The position numbers and the translations under genes are program-made. This document shows positions 62,712 through 64,000 of a stretch of DNA of 64,000 nucleotides, piece after piece. The stretch covers positions 13,640,001 to 13,704,000 of the forward strand of contig CM097887.1 of the NCBI GenBank assembly GCA_044892525.1, read 5' to 3'. This DNA is from Schmidtea polychroa (Eukaryota). The notes beneath the pieces are model-generated. The model worked only from the letters and a program-made list of their open reading frames with translations. It made no database searches and had not been told where the DNA came from. Position 1 is the first letter of the stretch; every line of letters starts with the position of its first letter.

Positions 62712-64000
62712 TGACAGAGTTTTTATTTGTTATTAAAAATTTATTATGAAATCCTCTTTCTGGCAGCAGGAATTATAAGAGTTTCCTTTTCAAACTCCAG
62801 GAGAAAGAAAATTTGAATTTATATATTTCTATTTGGATTTTAGGAAGTAAGTTATTTAATCTTTATTAATTTCTATTTTTAATCATTTGAATAAATATTT
62901 TTATCCAATAAATTAATAATTTTCGTCTATACTCAAATTTTATGCATAGATATAGATAAATAGTTTTGGATAAATATAGATATAGAGACACCGAGATACA
63001 TAGAGAAACTTATAAACAAATATAGATTTAGATAAAAATATAGTTCCATTTATTCATAAACGGTTTCAATGGAAAAATCAATGACTACTGACAACTACAC
63101 ACTTCCAATTGTCGTCCAGGGTAGCCAAACTCCGACAATTGGGAATGTGTATGTTGTTATTAAAAGTTTTATTTATTATTTATACATTTTCCCTTTAATT
63201 ATTTGGGATTTAACTGATGAGCTACCAATTAATAAATGAGACAACGCGAGTTCAACATTATTTATTTTTTATAAATATTATATATATATATTAATTTAGT
63301 TCATTTTTATTTCCAATTGTTTGGTTCCATGCCGATACCGTATTATTGTTTCTTCCCGTTCATAGATTACCCCATCGATGGTTACAGTCTCCCCAACTTC
63401 AATATTTGAAGGGTTTTTTCTTTTTCTCGCTTGTCGACATTCGGGCATTGGACCATACTCAAGTGTTGGGTGTATTCTTACCATCGAGACACTTATCATT
63501 ACTGAAACACATTCTTGTGAAATTTCCAAAAACGATTCGGTGGCCCACTTTAATGGAATTAATGGATTTTCAGTCTCCATCTCCACATTCTCCTCGCTTG
63601 TCAAGTCAATGCTTCCATTACATCGTCAACCAGAATTTGTGCCACTTTCTCCGCTATTGCAGTTGATGCTGATGGTACCTCTCGAAGTTTTTTATATTCC
63701 TCCAACGAATATTTCTTTGATGGTAGGTTTTTGGGCATTGGTATATCATCAATCCATTGATTTTCCACTCGTTGATATACCTTGCGAATGCTCTTCACAT
63801 CCTCTAGAGCCGAATGCACACCGATTTGTGTTTCTTCTCCACATATTTCTCTCACTACCGTTTGTAATTTGAACCATTCTCCTTTCCTGGTTATTCCCCT
63901 GTTCTGGAGTACTGGTGCCGCTGCCAAATCACGAATGCCATATAATTGCTCAATCCATATTCCCAAATATCGCAATTCTGCATGTAAATCATGGCCCACT
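62712..64000 (-). mobile_element. 3' end of a second LTR retrotransposon (last ORF, PPT, putative 3' LTR ~62712-63186)
   Basis: AAAGGGAAAA (63196-63187) then TG at 63186; candidate CA end at 62712; coding region runs off the window. Confidence 0.5.
63601..64000 (-). CDS. REX/ISG20-like DEDDh 3'-5' exonuclease, C-terminal half (5' part outside the window)
   Basis: GHDLHAEL (ExoII-like), IRDLA, KL..VVREICGEETQIG, HSALEDVKSIRKVY (ExoIII H..D). Probably continues by frameshift into 63296..63604. Confidence 0.8.
   Translation of the reverse strand, partial: VGHDLHAELRYLGIWIEQLYGIRDLAAAPVLQNRGITRKGEWFKLQTVVREICGEETQIGVHSALEDVKSIRKVYQRVENQWIDDIPMPKNLPSKKYSLEEYKKLREVPSASTAIAEKVAQILVDDVMEALT

Overview
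A strongly AT-rich eukaryotic scaffold (GT-AG introns, AAT microsatellites; five N-gaps at about 2684-2812, 5356-5534, 8368-8507, 44166-44426 and 58379-58580), made almost entirely of nested transposable elements. The centrepiece is a ~13-kb Ty3/Gypsy LTR retrotransposon on the minus strand (44141-57093; TG..CA LTRs, PBS, PPT, 4-bp TSD CAGG) with an unusual layout. After repairing three in-frame stops and four 1-nt indels it reads as one ~2,900-aa polyprotein: Gag/CCHC, two ubiquitin-like domains, a signal peptide plus a chuvirus-type envelope glycoprotein placed between gag and pol, then PR-RT-RNaseH-IN, then a second membrane protein (FN3-like domain plus TM). A separate REX/ISG20-like exonuclease-fold ORF follows. 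A second LTR element at the right edge also ends in a DEDDh exonuclease ORF. The left edge holds a cluster of compact genes, including an intron-containing Bcl-2-family gene missed by the ORF track, next to a putative Polinton/Maverick terminus and a Penelope-like fragment with a hammerhead ribozyme. Other features are an intact piggyBac, several MITEs, hAT/pogo/BEL/Polinton remnants, a family of three diverged repeats sharing a terminal module (two also carry homologous coiled-coil genes), a THAP ORF and a KLHL20/diablo-like pseudogene. All family assignments come from motif recognition by eye; no database search was run.
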